DNA of 64,000 nt. Origin: Nitrospirota bacterium. Lineage in GTDB: Bacteria > Nitrospirota > UBA9217. Under the pieces are notes generated by a model, which saw only the letters and a program-made list of their open reading frames with translations, searched no databases and was not told the DNA's origin. Within the stretch, counting starts at the first letter, position 1. Every line of letters starts with the position of its first letter. The position numbers were made by a program, and so were the translations under genes. The DNA lies in assembly GCA_963818475.1 (NCBI GenBank), contig CAWFSF010000002.1, positions 384,001-448,000 of the forward strand, read 5' to 3'. Shown here piece by piece: positions 47,041-55,865 of this stretch.

Positions 47041-47729
47041 TTCGCTTTCTTGGCTTCCACCTCATCCTTCATCTTTTTGAGCGACTCGATCATGTTGATG
47101 GCGTCCTTCAACGCGTTGGTCGCGTCCTTGGCGTAGCCGTCGGCGCCGTACTTGTCAGCCACGTCCTGGGACACCGGGGCGCCGCCGATCATGATCTTGA
47201 CATGCGGGTTCTTGGCCCGGAGATCGTCGATGACCTTCTTCATGCCGGTCATGGTCGTGGTCATCATGGCCGAAAGGCAGACGAGGTCGGAATCGGTCCG
47301 GAGCTGCTCGGCGACGAATTTGTCCAGCGGCACATCCCGGCCCAGATCGTAGACCGTGAAGCCGGCCACGTCGAACATCATCTTCACGATGTTCTTGCCG
47401 ATATCGTGCACGTCGCCTTCCACGGTCCCGATAACGACCGATCCCTTCACGCCCAGGTCCAGCTGCTTCACGTGGGGCTTCAGGATGTCCAGGCCCGCGT
47501 AGAGCGCGTCTGCGCACATGAGCAGCTCGGGCACGAAGTACTCCTGCGCCTCGAACATCTTTCCCACTTCCACCATGCCGGAGACGAGTCCGTTGAAGAT
47601 GGCGTCGTTCGCTTCCATGCCCACGTCCAGCGCCTCCTGCGACGCTTCCTTGGACGTGTCTTCGTCGTACTGGATCACCGCGTTCCGCAGTTTTGCCAGG
47701 AGCTCTTTCTTTTTTTCTTCCGTAACCAT
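47037..47729 (-). CDS. Methyltransferase cognate corrinoid protein (MtaC/MtbC-like)
   Basis: B12 motif GDVHDIGKNIV, DLGRDVP, LSAMMTTT, GGAPV; N-terminal cap EYFVPELLM. Confidence 0.95.
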   Translation of the reverse strand: MVTEEKKKELLAKLRNAVIQYDEDTSKEASQEALDVGMEANDAIFNGLVSGMVEVGKMFEAQEYFVPELLMCADALYAGLDILKPHVKQLDLGVKGSVVIGTVEGDVHDIGKNIVKMMFDVAGFTVYDLGRDVPLDKFVAEQLRTDSDLVCLSAMMTTTMTGMKKVIDDLRAKNPHVKIMIGGAPVSQDVADKYGADGYAKDATNALKDAINMIESLKKMKDEVEAKKAK

Positions 47730-47733
47730 AGGG

Positions 47734-48753
47734 TCACCTCCGGTAATTTTTAACTTCGTCCATCATGGCCTTCATGTTCTCCGGCGGCACCGTGGGCCAG
47801 ATATCGCAGCCGGGCCAGACCGCGCTCACGCCGTCGTCCATGCACTTCCTGATGGTCTGACGCACCAGGTCCGGCGTACCGGCCACCAGCACGTTGTAGG
47901 GATCGTAGTTCCCGAAGACCAGCGCTTTGGGGCCGAGCTTCTTGCGCGTTTCGGCAACATCGTTCTTCTGGTCCACGCTGATCGCCTTGGCGCCGCTTTC
48001 GGCCATGAACGGAACGATATCGTTCGTCTTGCCGCAGATATGGATCACGCTCGGCACGGAGAGGTTCTCGAAGATCTTCTTGAGGTACGGCAGGATGAGG
48101 CTCTTGAAAACCCGCGGGGAAAGCACGTCCGACGTCGCCCCCATCTCGCGCACCGTGATGAAGTCCACGCCTGCCTTCTCGTACTCCTTCGCCACCTGGA
48201 TGATCACGTCCGCCATCTGGTCGAGCAGTTTCCCGATCTTGTCCGGCTTTTTAAAGGACAGCTTCAGCAGGTCGTTCAGCTCCATGATCTGGCCGGCCAG
48301 CGTGAACGGCCCGAGCACGTAGGAACCGACGGCTGCTTCAGCGCCGATGTCCTTTTTGAGCAGTTTGATGACCTCGACCATGAGCGGCACCCTGCCGCGC
48401 CCGGTAAGGCCCGTGGGGAGCGCAATGTCGAGCTCCGCCTCGTTGTGGATCAGCTTTTTCTTGATCGTGGGGTACAGCAGGTCCTCGGAATGGGCATACA
48501 CGTTGATCTCGCAGCCCATTGCCTCGGCCTCGATGCAGAGGTCGAAGGGCGCCACGCCGCATTCGAAACCGAAGAGCTTGTAGGTCGACGCAGCTGCCGC
48601 TGCCATCATCTTCGCGTCAAGATGAGTAGCCGCGAAATTCTGGCCGAGCGCTTTGAGGCCCTCGGTCGTTACATTGCCCATGCCGCTGAAGCAGGGAGGT
48701 CGGTCGACCTCCTCGCCTGCAAACAGCTTCAGTACTCGTTCTCGTGAATTCAT
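47734..48753 (-). CDS. MtaA/CmuA-family methylcobamide:thiol methyltransferase (UroD fold)
   Basis: PFDLCIEAEAMG, GPFTLA, Zn ligands HICG and PGCD, FGNYDP. Confidence 0.88.
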   Translation of the reverse strand: MNSRERVLKLFAGEEVDRPPCFSGMGNVTTEGLKALGQNFAATHLDAKMMAAAAASTYKLFGFECGVAPFDLCIEAEAMGCEINVYAHSEDLLYPTIKKKLIHNEAELDIALPTGLTGRGRVPLMVEVIKLLKKDIGAEAAVGSYVLGPFTLAGQIMELNDLLKLSFKKPDKIGKLLDQMADVIIQVAKEYEKAGVDFITVREMGATSDVLSPRVFKSLILPYLKKIFENLSVPSVIHICGKTNDIVPFMAESGAKAISVDQKNDVAETRKKLGPKALVFGNYDPYNVLVAGTPDLVRQTIRKCMDDGVSAVWPGCDIWPTVPPENMKAMMDEVKNYRR

Positions 48754-48808
48754 TATTATGGAACCTCCTTGAAATACAGTATCGGAATCAAATGGACCTA
48801 AAGCTATT

Positions 48809-48940
48809 ACCACGGAGACACGGAGGCACGGAGAAAGGCAATTAACTTTATGCAAGAACAGAAAATAATTTTCTGAGATTCTTAAAGCAAAATACGTGTT
48901 GGCCTTAACGTCTTCTCCGTGTCTCCGTGCCTCCGTGGTG
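48809..48940. repeat. 9-bp-periodic inverted-repeat element (CACGGAG type)
   Basis: ACCACGGAGACACGGAGGCACGGAGAA ... TTCTCCGTGTCTCCGTGCCTCCGTGGT. Confidence 0.85.
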
Positions 48941-48948
48941 AAAAGGCT

Positions 48949-49896
48949 CTATTTTCTCGCTGCTCCTGCCGTTAACTTTCCTAAAAATTCGTTAAAGTAC
49001 TTCTTAATAGGAATATTCTCGTTGGCCGAGATCGTTTGTGTTTCATCGTAGACCAGGGTCGAGAGCAGGATCTGCGCTGCAGCCACGGCCGGGAAGATGC
49101 GCGGCGCCGTAACGATGGGGCCATAAAAATTAAAGTCGCTCCAGATCGCAGAGGACATTCCCTGCACCACGGCGTCCATGGCCTTGAACCCGTCCAGGCT
49201 CCAGATGGTCTTCGCTTCTTTCCACATGTGCGTGCCGTTCGAGTAGGCGCCGCCGCAGGGAAGGCCAAGCTTCTCCTTGATGAGCCTGTTGGCGACGAGC
49301 GAGAACGACGTCGCGGGCAGGTTCATGACCGAGGTGTCGACGATGACGGTCTCGAAATCCCCGGCGCCCTGGTCGAGCAGCTTTTCGAGCGATTTCAGCC
49401 GCCCCGCCGGCGTCTGGTCCTGGTCGTCGAAGGCCTGGACCACCACGTGTTTGATCCCCAGGTCCTTGAGCTTCTGTACCTGCCCCTTGATGTCCTTGTC
49501 CCAGGGCGTGATGCTGTTGTACAGGAACTTGTCCTGCAGACCCAGCTTGGCCACGTACTCGGTTGCCTCTGCCCGCTTCTCGGCGACCCACATGTCGATG
49601 CCGAAGGGCATCGTGGTAGTCTCGCGATAGAAATCGACATAGATCTTCGCTTCTTCCGCAGAGTTCGCCACCATGGCCACCATGGACGGAATGCCGGTGG
49701 AGAGCGAGAGCTGTTCCTGCGTTTTGATCAGCTCCGTCGCCTTCACACGGTCGAAGTTGCCTTTCCGGTCAGTCACGATCCGGTCCTTGTTATGGAACAT
49801 GGACGCGATCAAGAGAGGCGGGTTCTCCCCTGCCTGGCCGCCGACCTTGATCCCGTTGATGTTGAAAATCTTCTGTTCGCGGCTGAATCGAAACAT
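48949..49896 (-). CDS. mtrH: MtrH/MtxH/MtgA-family methyl-pterin:corrinoid methyltransferase
   Basis: MFRFSREQKIF.I.GIKVGGQAGENP..LIASMF, LYNSI, GLPCGGAYSN..W, YGPI..A..IFPAVA. Confidence 0.85.
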   Translation of the reverse strand: MFRFSREQKIFNINGIKVGGQAGENPPLLIASMFHNKDRIVTDRKGNFDRVKATELIKTQEQLSLSTGIPSMVAMVANSAEEAKIYVDFYRETTTMPFGIDMWVAEKRAEATEYVAKLGLQDKFLYNSITPWDKDIKGQVQKLKDLGIKHVVVQAFDDQDQTPAGRLKSLEKLLDQGAGDFETVIVDTSVMNLPATSFSLVANRLIKEKLGLPCGGAYSNGTHMWKEAKTIWSLDGFKAMDAVVQGMSSAIWSDFNFYGPIVTAPRIFPAVAAAQILLSTLVYDETQTISANENIPIKKYFNEFLGKLTAGAARK

Positions 49897-49955
49897 CGTT
49901 GTCCTCTTTTCTTGTCTCTATCTGGTGGAACCGCTGGAATGTCTAAATCTATATC

Positions 49956-50170
49956 CACCACGGAGGCACGGAGTCACGGAGAAATGCTGGCTTTAAACTT
50001 TCACGGCTGTCATTGCGAGGAGCGTTTTATGCGACGCGGCAATCTCGAACTTGTTGTTTTGTTGAACTACGAGATTGCTTCGCTTCGCTCGCAAAGACGG
50101 CTAAAGGGCTTTTCAACAACCTGCTGGATCTGCAGTCCGTGATTTTGCTCTCCTCCGTGTCTCCGTGGTT
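49956..50170. repeat. 9-bp-periodic inverted-repeat element (CACGGAG type) with a nested stem-loop repeat at 50009-50098
   Basis: CACGGAGGCACGGAGTCACGGAG ... CTCCGTGTCTCCGTGG. Inner GTCATTGCGAGGAGCG..GCGACGCGGCAATCTC ... GAGATTGCTTCGCTTCGCTCGCAAAGAC. Confidence 0.85.
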
Positions 50171-50249
50171 AATAAGGTTTTTATGTACTGTATAAAAGTA
50201 TGATTTCAAAAGGCGGGGGAGCCTTCGAAACGCTCCCCCATGATGATCG

Positions 50250-50696
50250 TTAAAACACGCCGTGGTCGAACTTCGGCGCCGGGAGATACTCCCACTTCTC
50301 GCCTTTCCTGAACTTGGTTTCTATGTCGAGGCACTTTAAGGCGTACTCGAAAGCATAGGGAATGCCGGGACCGCCCGGCACAAAGCCGCCGAGGATCATG
50401 CCTACCGACGCCGCCTCGAAGATCTCCATCGTGGTCGCGCCGGCATTGATCGCCGGGATCACGTGGATGATGCACCGGGGCGAGCAGTAGGCAACGCCGC
50501 CCGACATGAACATCAACTCCTTCACCTTGCGGGAAAGCGCCCCGTCTGCGAAAATGCTCGCATAGAAATCTGCGAAAGTCCTTCCCGGTTCGGGTGTCAC
50601 GGTGTTGATGACCTGGAACATGCGCGGTACGAACCCGCACTGCTGCTTCATGTAATCGTTACATTCTTCCGTCGTCATCTTTTTCTTGTCAGCCAT
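50250..50696 (-). CDS. Carboxymuconolactone decarboxylase/AhpD-like protein
   Basis: DGALSRKVKELM, CSPRCIIH (CxxC..H), AINAGAT..EI.EA. Confidence 0.85.
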   Translation of the reverse strand: MADKKKMTTEECNDYMKQQCGFVPRMFQVINTVTPEPGRTFADFYASIFADGALSRKVKELMFMSGGVAYCSPRCIIHVIPAINAGATTMEIFEAASVGMILGGFVPGGPGIPYAFEYALKCLDIETKFRKGEKWEYLPAPKFDHGVF

Positions 50697-50827
50697 TTGT
50701 GTTTCCCTCCTCTTGCCCTGGCGCTGTCTGCGCCCGGGAAACTTGGTTTTTCAACGCCTCACGTACCTTCGTGCAACATACTTCAAATTCAGTCTGAAAC
50801 GCCTTCACCTCTCTCTCATCTGAAAGT

Positions 50828-50876
50828 CCCCCTCACCTTTATCCTCTCCCCCGAGGGGAGAGGGTAGGGTGAGGGG
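50828..50876. repeat. REP-like palindrome CCCCTCACC..CCTCTCCCC-GAGGGGAGAGGG..GGTGAGGGG
   Basis: Imperfect hairpin in an intergenic space between co-oriented genes. Confidence 0.7.
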
Positions 50877-50922
50877 TTTCGTTCTACTCCTAGTTGTACA
50901 GATTTTCAGCATGCATGTTTCT

Positions 50923-51954
50923 CTAATATTTCCATTCATGCGCCACCTGGATGAACTTCTGGATGTTCTCGTACGGAACGGTCGGGGGTATGTCGCAGCC
51001 CGGCATCAGCACGAACCCGCCGTCGATGCCGGCGGCCTTGATGATGTCCGTACAAGCGTTCTCCACGTCCTGGACCGTGCCGTTCAGCATGATCTTAACG
51101 GGGTCCACGTTCCCGCCGAAGCACATCTTGCCGTGAAGCGCCTCTTTGGCCTTCGCAATGTCCGTCTTGTGGTCCAGGCTGATGCAGCTGGCGCCGGTCA
51201 GCGGGAACAGGTCCAGCCGGTCCGTGGTGTTCCCGCAGATATGGACCAGCGTATGGACGCCCTTTGACTTTGCCCAGTCCGTGAACTTTTTGAGTGCGGG
51301 CACGGCGAACTTCTCGAACTGTTTCTTGGAAATGAGGTCGCCCGAAGCAGTAGGGTCTGCGAGGCTGATGACCTCGAGGGTCTTGTCCGCAACGATCGGC
51401 TCGTAGAGATGGATCAGAATATCGGTTGCGAAGTCGACCACCTTCTCGACAAAGGCCGGTTTCTTGAACGTGGCCTTCATCATCGCCTCTTCGCCCACGA
51501 GCCGCGCGCCGAGGGTGAAGGGTCCCCAGGCCGTCATGGTCACCACGTAATTATTGCCGATCTTCGCCTTGGTCTGGCGCAGGGCCTTAATGACGGTCGT
51601 GATCACCTCGTCCTTGTCGAGGTCGCTCAGCTTGAGCCTCGCAAGGTCCTCCTCGGATGAGACGAAATGGTTCTCCAGGTCCGGCGCACCCACCTCCCGC
51701 CACTTGATCTTTCCGCCCAAGGCCGTCGCATGAAAGTTGTTGTAGCCCGAGCCCGGGTAAACAATATCGCACTTCAGCGTCTCGCTCATGGCGACCAGCA
51801 TGTCGGTCATCTTGTTCGCGTCCTTTGACAGGGCCTCGAACGACGTCCCGTGCCGCTTGATGCTCCACATGCCCGCGCCGAACAGGGTCACCGGGAGCCG
51901 GTCGGGTTTTCCTCCTTCGTAAGCTTTCAGGATCACTTCCTTCGGTGTCATCAT
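50923..51954 (-). CDS. Second MtaA-like UroD-family methyltransferase
   Basis: WGPFTL, DPTASGDLIS, HICG, ISLDHK, GGNVDPV, MPGCDIP. Confidence 0.88.
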   Translation of the reverse strand: MMTPKEVILKAYEGGKPDRLPVTLFGAGMWSIKRHGTSFEALSKDANKMTDMLVAMSETLKCDIVYPGSGYNNFHATALGGKIKWREVGAPDLENHFVSSEEDLARLKLSDLDKDEVITTVIKALRQTKAKIGNNYVVTMTAWGPFTLGARLVGEEAMMKATFKKPAFVEKVVDFATDILIHLYEPIVADKTLEVISLADPTASGDLISKKQFEKFAVPALKKFTDWAKSKGVHTLVHICGNTTDRLDLFPLTGASCISLDHKTDIAKAKEALHGKMCFGGNVDPVKIMLNGTVQDVENACTDIIKAAGIDGGFVLMPGCDIPPTVPYENIQKFIQVAHEWKY

Positions 51955-51989
51955 GAACATCTCCCTTCGTACCAAGTGGAATCACACCA

Positions 51990-52319
51990 TCAAGACGCGA
52001 TGCTGTGGATCGTTCTTTTGAACTCTTCAAGGTCCAGCGGCGCCCCCATGCCGCCGGCACGGTCCTGCTCCCATTCGCCTCCCATGATCAAGATGGGCAT
52101 GCCGGGCGAGACAGACCTGATGACCTGCGCTGCCTCCTCGGCAGACATGCCGAAAGGCTCGGAATCCACGATGACGAAACCGTAAAGCGCTTGGAGGACC
52201 TTCTTCACCGCAAGCGCCGGATGCTCCACGGTTTCGACAGTGTACCCCTCGTCCCGCAGGACCCCATAGAGGTTCTTGATCAGCAGGGGATTGGAAGAGC
52301 AGAGAAGAATGTTCTTCAT
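51990..52319 (-). CDS. Degenerate receiver-domain protein
   Basis: Receiver-like layout (ILLC..GYTVETV..VIVDSE..PILIMGG) lacking the N-terminal acidic pair and the conserved Lys. Confidence 0.65.
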   Translation of the reverse strand: MKNILLCSSNPLLIKNLYGVLRDEGYTVETVEHPALAVKKVLQALYGFVIVDSEPFGMSAEEAAQVIRSVSPGMPILIMGGEWEQDRAGGMGAPLDLEEFKRTIHSIAS

Positions 52320-52333
52320 AACAAGGGATAGTT

Positions 52334-52349
52334 TGCAATAGCTGTGCCA
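52334..52349 (-). promoter_or_regulatory. sigma54 (-24/-12) promoter heading the methyltransferase/CoM cluster
   Basis: TGGCAC-AGCTA-TTGCA on the minus strand, matching the consensus with correct spacing. Confidence 0.8.
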
Positions 52350-52554
52350 GTGATTCCAGCCGGATCAGACACAGTACTTTCGTCGCAGCGTGTTAAGCGG
52401 CAGTGATGCCCTCTCTGACAATCGCAGCATGGCTGTACTGAAATACTCCGGGAAATACGATATACGTCATTAGAAGATCAGTTCAACAGGGAGCGATAGA
52501 AACAACGCGGACTAAAATTGGAGGTTGAGGTAATCACTAGCGGGAAAATAGCAG

Positions 52555-52583
52555 AATAATGCCCCACCCTGCGGGGCATTATT
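52555..52583. terminator. Hairpin downstream of metF
   Basis: AATAATGCCCC-ACCCTGC-GGGGCATTATT. Confidence 0.6.
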
Positions 52584-52603
52584 CCCCAAACTGTGGAGGC
52601 GGA

Positions 52604-53494
52604 TCACGCGGCATTCGGTGTCTTCGTTATTTCCTTGCCGAGGGTTGCCAGGATATCTATCATCGAGTCAGCGCGATTCATGGTGTAAAAGTGAAAGTAG
52701 TTCACGCCGTGCCTCATCAGATCCTCGACCTGTTTCACGGCGAACTCCACGCCGAGTTTCCTCATGTCCTCGGGCAGATCGCTCACGGGCTCCATTCGGT
52801 CCAGGATCTCCTTCGGGATGGTGGCGCTGCAGACCCCGGCAAACTCCTTGATCCGTTTGCAGTCCACGATCGGCATGATGCCGGGTATGATGGGGATGGT
52901 GATGCCGGCACTGGCGGCCCGGTCCCGGAACCGGTAGAAATAGCGATTATCGAAGAACATCTGGGTGATCGCGAAGTCCGCGCCCTGGTCGATCTTCTGC
53001 TTCGTATATTCCAGGTCCTTCTCGACGTTCGGCGACTGCGGATGCCCTTCGGGATAGACCGCCACGGCAAGAGAAAAACGGCCGGTTTTCGCTAGAAAAT
53101 CGACGAGGTCCCGGGCGAACAGGAAGTCGCCCTTCGATGCATCGAACCCGGACAGGGCCTTCGGCGGGTCGCCGCGCAGGGCGAGGATGTTGTCGATCCC
53201 GCTTGCTTTGAACTCCTCCACGATGGCGCCGATGGATTCCTTCGTCGCGCCGATGCAGGTGAGGTGGGACATGAGGGTGAGTCCGCTGTCCTCACGAAGC
53301 CACCGCAGGGCATTCAGGGTCCTTTCCTGTGTTGTTCCACCCGCCCCATAGGTCACGGACACATAGAGCGGATCGAAGACCTTTAAGTCCGCCACGACCG
53401 TGAGGAATGCGGGCTTCCCCTCGGCATTCTTCGGCGGAAAGACTTCAAAAGCGATCCCCCGCTTTTGCGTTTTAAGGACATCCTTTATCTTCAT
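52604..53494 (-). CDS. metF: Methylenetetrahydrofolate reductase
   Basis: FEVFPPK, SVTYGAGG, HLTC, LALRGD, VYPEGHP, ITQMFFD, PGIMP, HFYTMN. Confidence 0.96.
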   Translation of the reverse strand: MKIKDVLKTQKRGIAFEVFPPKNAEGKPAFLTVVADLKVFDPLYVSVTYGAGGTTQERTLNALRWLREDSGLTLMSHLTCIGATKESIGAIVEEFKASGIDNILALRGDPPKALSGFDASKGDFLFARDLVDFLAKTGRFSLAVAVYPEGHPQSPNVEKDLEYTKQKIDQGADFAITQMFFDNRYFYRFRDRAASAGITIPIIPGIMPIVDCKRIKEFAGVCSATIPKEILDRMEPVSDLPEDMRKLGVEFAVKQVEDLMRHGVNYFHFYTMNRADSMIDILATLGKEITKTPNAA

Positions 53495-53758
53495 GGCTGC
53501 TTCCTTCCTGGAGTATTATCCCTCTTTCGGAGGAAAATATCGCTACCCTGAAATGTCGATTTCTGCTCATGGCATCAGCATTGCAGACTGCGGTTTACTG
53601 AGTTCAGGAAAAACGACCTTCAGGACGGGCTTAACAAAGAGTTTCTCTTGCAGACGATATCCCTTGGTGCCTCTGGTTTGGCGCCCTGACCGCTATTATT
53701 GAAGAGAAAAAAGAGTTATGATGACTACACGAAATCTAACATTACGGGAGGATCCATC

Positions 53759-54289
53759 ATGCCAGTAGTGAATGGATTAGACACAGACGATCTCATGAAG
53801 GTAGTTGGAGCGGTGAAAGAGAACTGGGAAAAAGGCAAGACGATCTGGAAAGCATCGACAACGTGGAAGGGCGGCTTCAAGGTCGAGACCTGCTCGCGTG
53901 AGTTTACGCTCCTGGCTGACGAGCCTGAAATGCTCTGCGGCACCAATACCGCATCCAATCCCGTGGAGATGATCCTTCAGGCATACGGTGCGTGCCTGAC
54001 CATCGGGTATGCCATGAACGCAGCGGTCCGGGGCATCAAGCTCGACGATATCAAGATCGACCTTGAAGGCGAGATCGACCTGCCCGGGTTCCTGGGCCTT
54101 GAGGCGCCGGAAAAGCTGAATATGGCGAAGCTGCCGGGGTTCAAGAATATCACGGTTAAAGTGAAGATAAAATCCCTGACCGACAAAAAAGCGCTCGAAG
54201 AGCTGCATCGGCACGTGATCGGCACGTCGCCGGTAGGGGTAACGCTCGCCCGGCCCGTTACCATTCAGACCTCGCTGGAGGTGGGTTGA
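53759..54289 (+). CDS. OsmC/Ohr family protein
   Basis: VNGLD, ADEPEMLCGTN..NPVE...AYGACL, LEGEIDL.GFLG, SPV. Confidence 0.88.
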   Translation: MPVVNGLDTDDLMKVVGAVKENWEKGKTIWKASTTWKGGFKVETCSREFTLLADEPEMLCGTNTASNPVEMILQAYGACLTIGYAMNAAVRGIKLDDIKIDLEGEIDLPGFLGLEAPEKLNMAKLPGFKNITVKVKIKSLTDKKALEELHRHVIGTSPVGVTLARPVTIQTSLEVG

Positions 54290-54319
54290 ACGCTAAACTG
54301 ACTGACAGACTCTGGAAAA

Positions 54320-54347
54320 AAGAGGCCCGAATCGTTCCGGGCCTCTT
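54320..54347. terminator. Terminator-like hairpin after the OsmC gene
   Basis: AAGAGGCCCG-AATCGTT-CCGGGCCTCTT. Confidence 0.6.
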
Positions 54348-54374
54348 CTGTAGGAATGGTGAAATTCAATTATG

Positions 54375-55733
54375 TGTCAAATGTCAGGACATCGGTTACC
54401 CGAGTCTGATAGTTTGCTCAACTGGTAGTAAATCGTCCGGCATTAGGTACTCAAAAGTATCGACGATGTCATTTCCTAGATAGAGCTGCACAGCATGTAG
54501 ATTCGTTACAATCTGTGCCCTGACATAAGAGTATATGAGGTCTCTTGATACCTCGAAACGTTCTCCAAAGATATCAAGCTGCCGATTGCTCCGGATGAAC
54601 CGTACGAGAGATACATTTCCATCCGGGATGAAGCTAAGATCCGGCATCTTGCTATTCGACCTCACGGTTATTGGCGCAAAGCCGTGGGCCAGTTTCATTT
54701 CATGAGCCGTTTTCCCTTTGAGGCAGCTGTATCGGTGATGCTTGTTGTGAAACCGTTGAAAATTCTTGTTCTGCTGTTTCAGCACAGCATAGCTTGAGAA
54801 CCATTGCCGACGAAAGAACCGTTTGTCGTAGGTGTCATTGAAACGTTCCACAACGCCGTTACGCCATGGTTCTCCGATCGGGATGAATACCGGATGGACA
54901 CCGTAACTCAGACAAAGCCGTATGACCATCCCCATGGACCTGGGATGCCGGTTGCTGCCCCGGAAGTTCAGCGCGTTGTCCATCTGCAGGTAATCAGGGA
55001 TGCCCATGGTCTTCCAACAGCGCAAAAGGCCTTGGCAGACGTGGGAATCCTGTTTCGTTCTTTGAGCCTCGGTGTAGACTTCATGGCTGAACAGATCAAT
55101 GACATTCAGCGCATAGAATCTGCCGTCATCTTTAATGTAGCGCGGCCCCACCAGGTCCATCTGGTGGATGTTGTTGCATCCCAAGGCTTCGGTGAAGTAC
55201 GGGTATTCGACCCCTTTGGGCGCATAAGCTGTTTTTTTTAACGAGCCCTTCGCGTTTCAACACCCGGTTTATCGTGCTGTCCGAGGGAAACGGCAACCCT
55301 TGCTTCTTAAGCTCCCATTTTATGGAGGAAACTCCAATTTGGGCATAAGGGGCATCCACCAAGTTTTGTCTGGTCGAAAGAATACGCTCTTTCGACTTCT
55401 CGTCGATTTCTGAGGGCTTTGTTTTGGGAGCGCGAGATTGCTCTTTGTACCAGTCGGGTCCGCCGGTTCGATATCGTATCAGCCATTTGAAGAACCACTT
55501 TTTGGATCGGTTCAGGCTGGTATAAACATCCTTTGGCGATTCGCCTCCCTGGATGTGTCGGCTAATAGCTGCCTGTCTGAGTTCTTCTTCCATAGAGGCT
55601 CTCCTTCTTGATTCAGATTAGGAGAGCATGATAGCATCAAACAGCATTAAGGAAACTGACATCCTAATTTAAATGGATTTCGGGTAACCGATGTCTTGAC
55701 ATATCCGGGTAACCGATGTCCTGAAACTTGTCA
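54375..55733 (-). mobile_element. IS481-like insertion sequence; transposase split at an A8 run (ORFs 55132-55593 and 54396-55184)
   Basis: 28-bp terminal IRs matching at 25/28 (TGTCAAATGTCAGGACATCGGTTACCCG vs TGACAAGTTTCAGGACATCGGTTACCCG) plus an extra internal copy at 55681. HTH plus DDE core (QMDL, QMDN, NGVVERFN). Confidence 0.85.
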
Positions 55734-55865
55734 ATGATGCCTTACGCAGCTTTCTTCAATGCATATGCAACCATGCCTGGCCAAAAGTTGCAGAAAAAGT
55801 GACACATCATAAAAAAGCAACAGTGATGCTAATCAAGCTGTACTATTTCACCGGGAGCTCCGAGC

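Noticed and set aside
48949-49896. mtrH/hdr/com genes as evidence of a methanogen or of methanogenesis
   Set aside because: No mcr or mtrA-G in the window. Flanking genes and the sigma54/sigma70 promoters are bacterial, and the same style of repeat element occurs inside and outside the cluster.
41531-50170. CACGGAG repeats or attC sites as a CRISPR array
   Set aside because: The repeats are inverted pairs kilobases apart with no regular spacers, and there are no cas genes.
39136-53494. Selenocysteine or pyrrolysine read-through in the methyltransferase cluster
   Set aside because: All ORFs are full length with no in-frame TGA or TAG at catalytic positions.
54369-55739. Target-site duplication of the IS481-like element
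   Set aside because: The flanks ATTATG and ATGATG match only 5/6, too weak to call.
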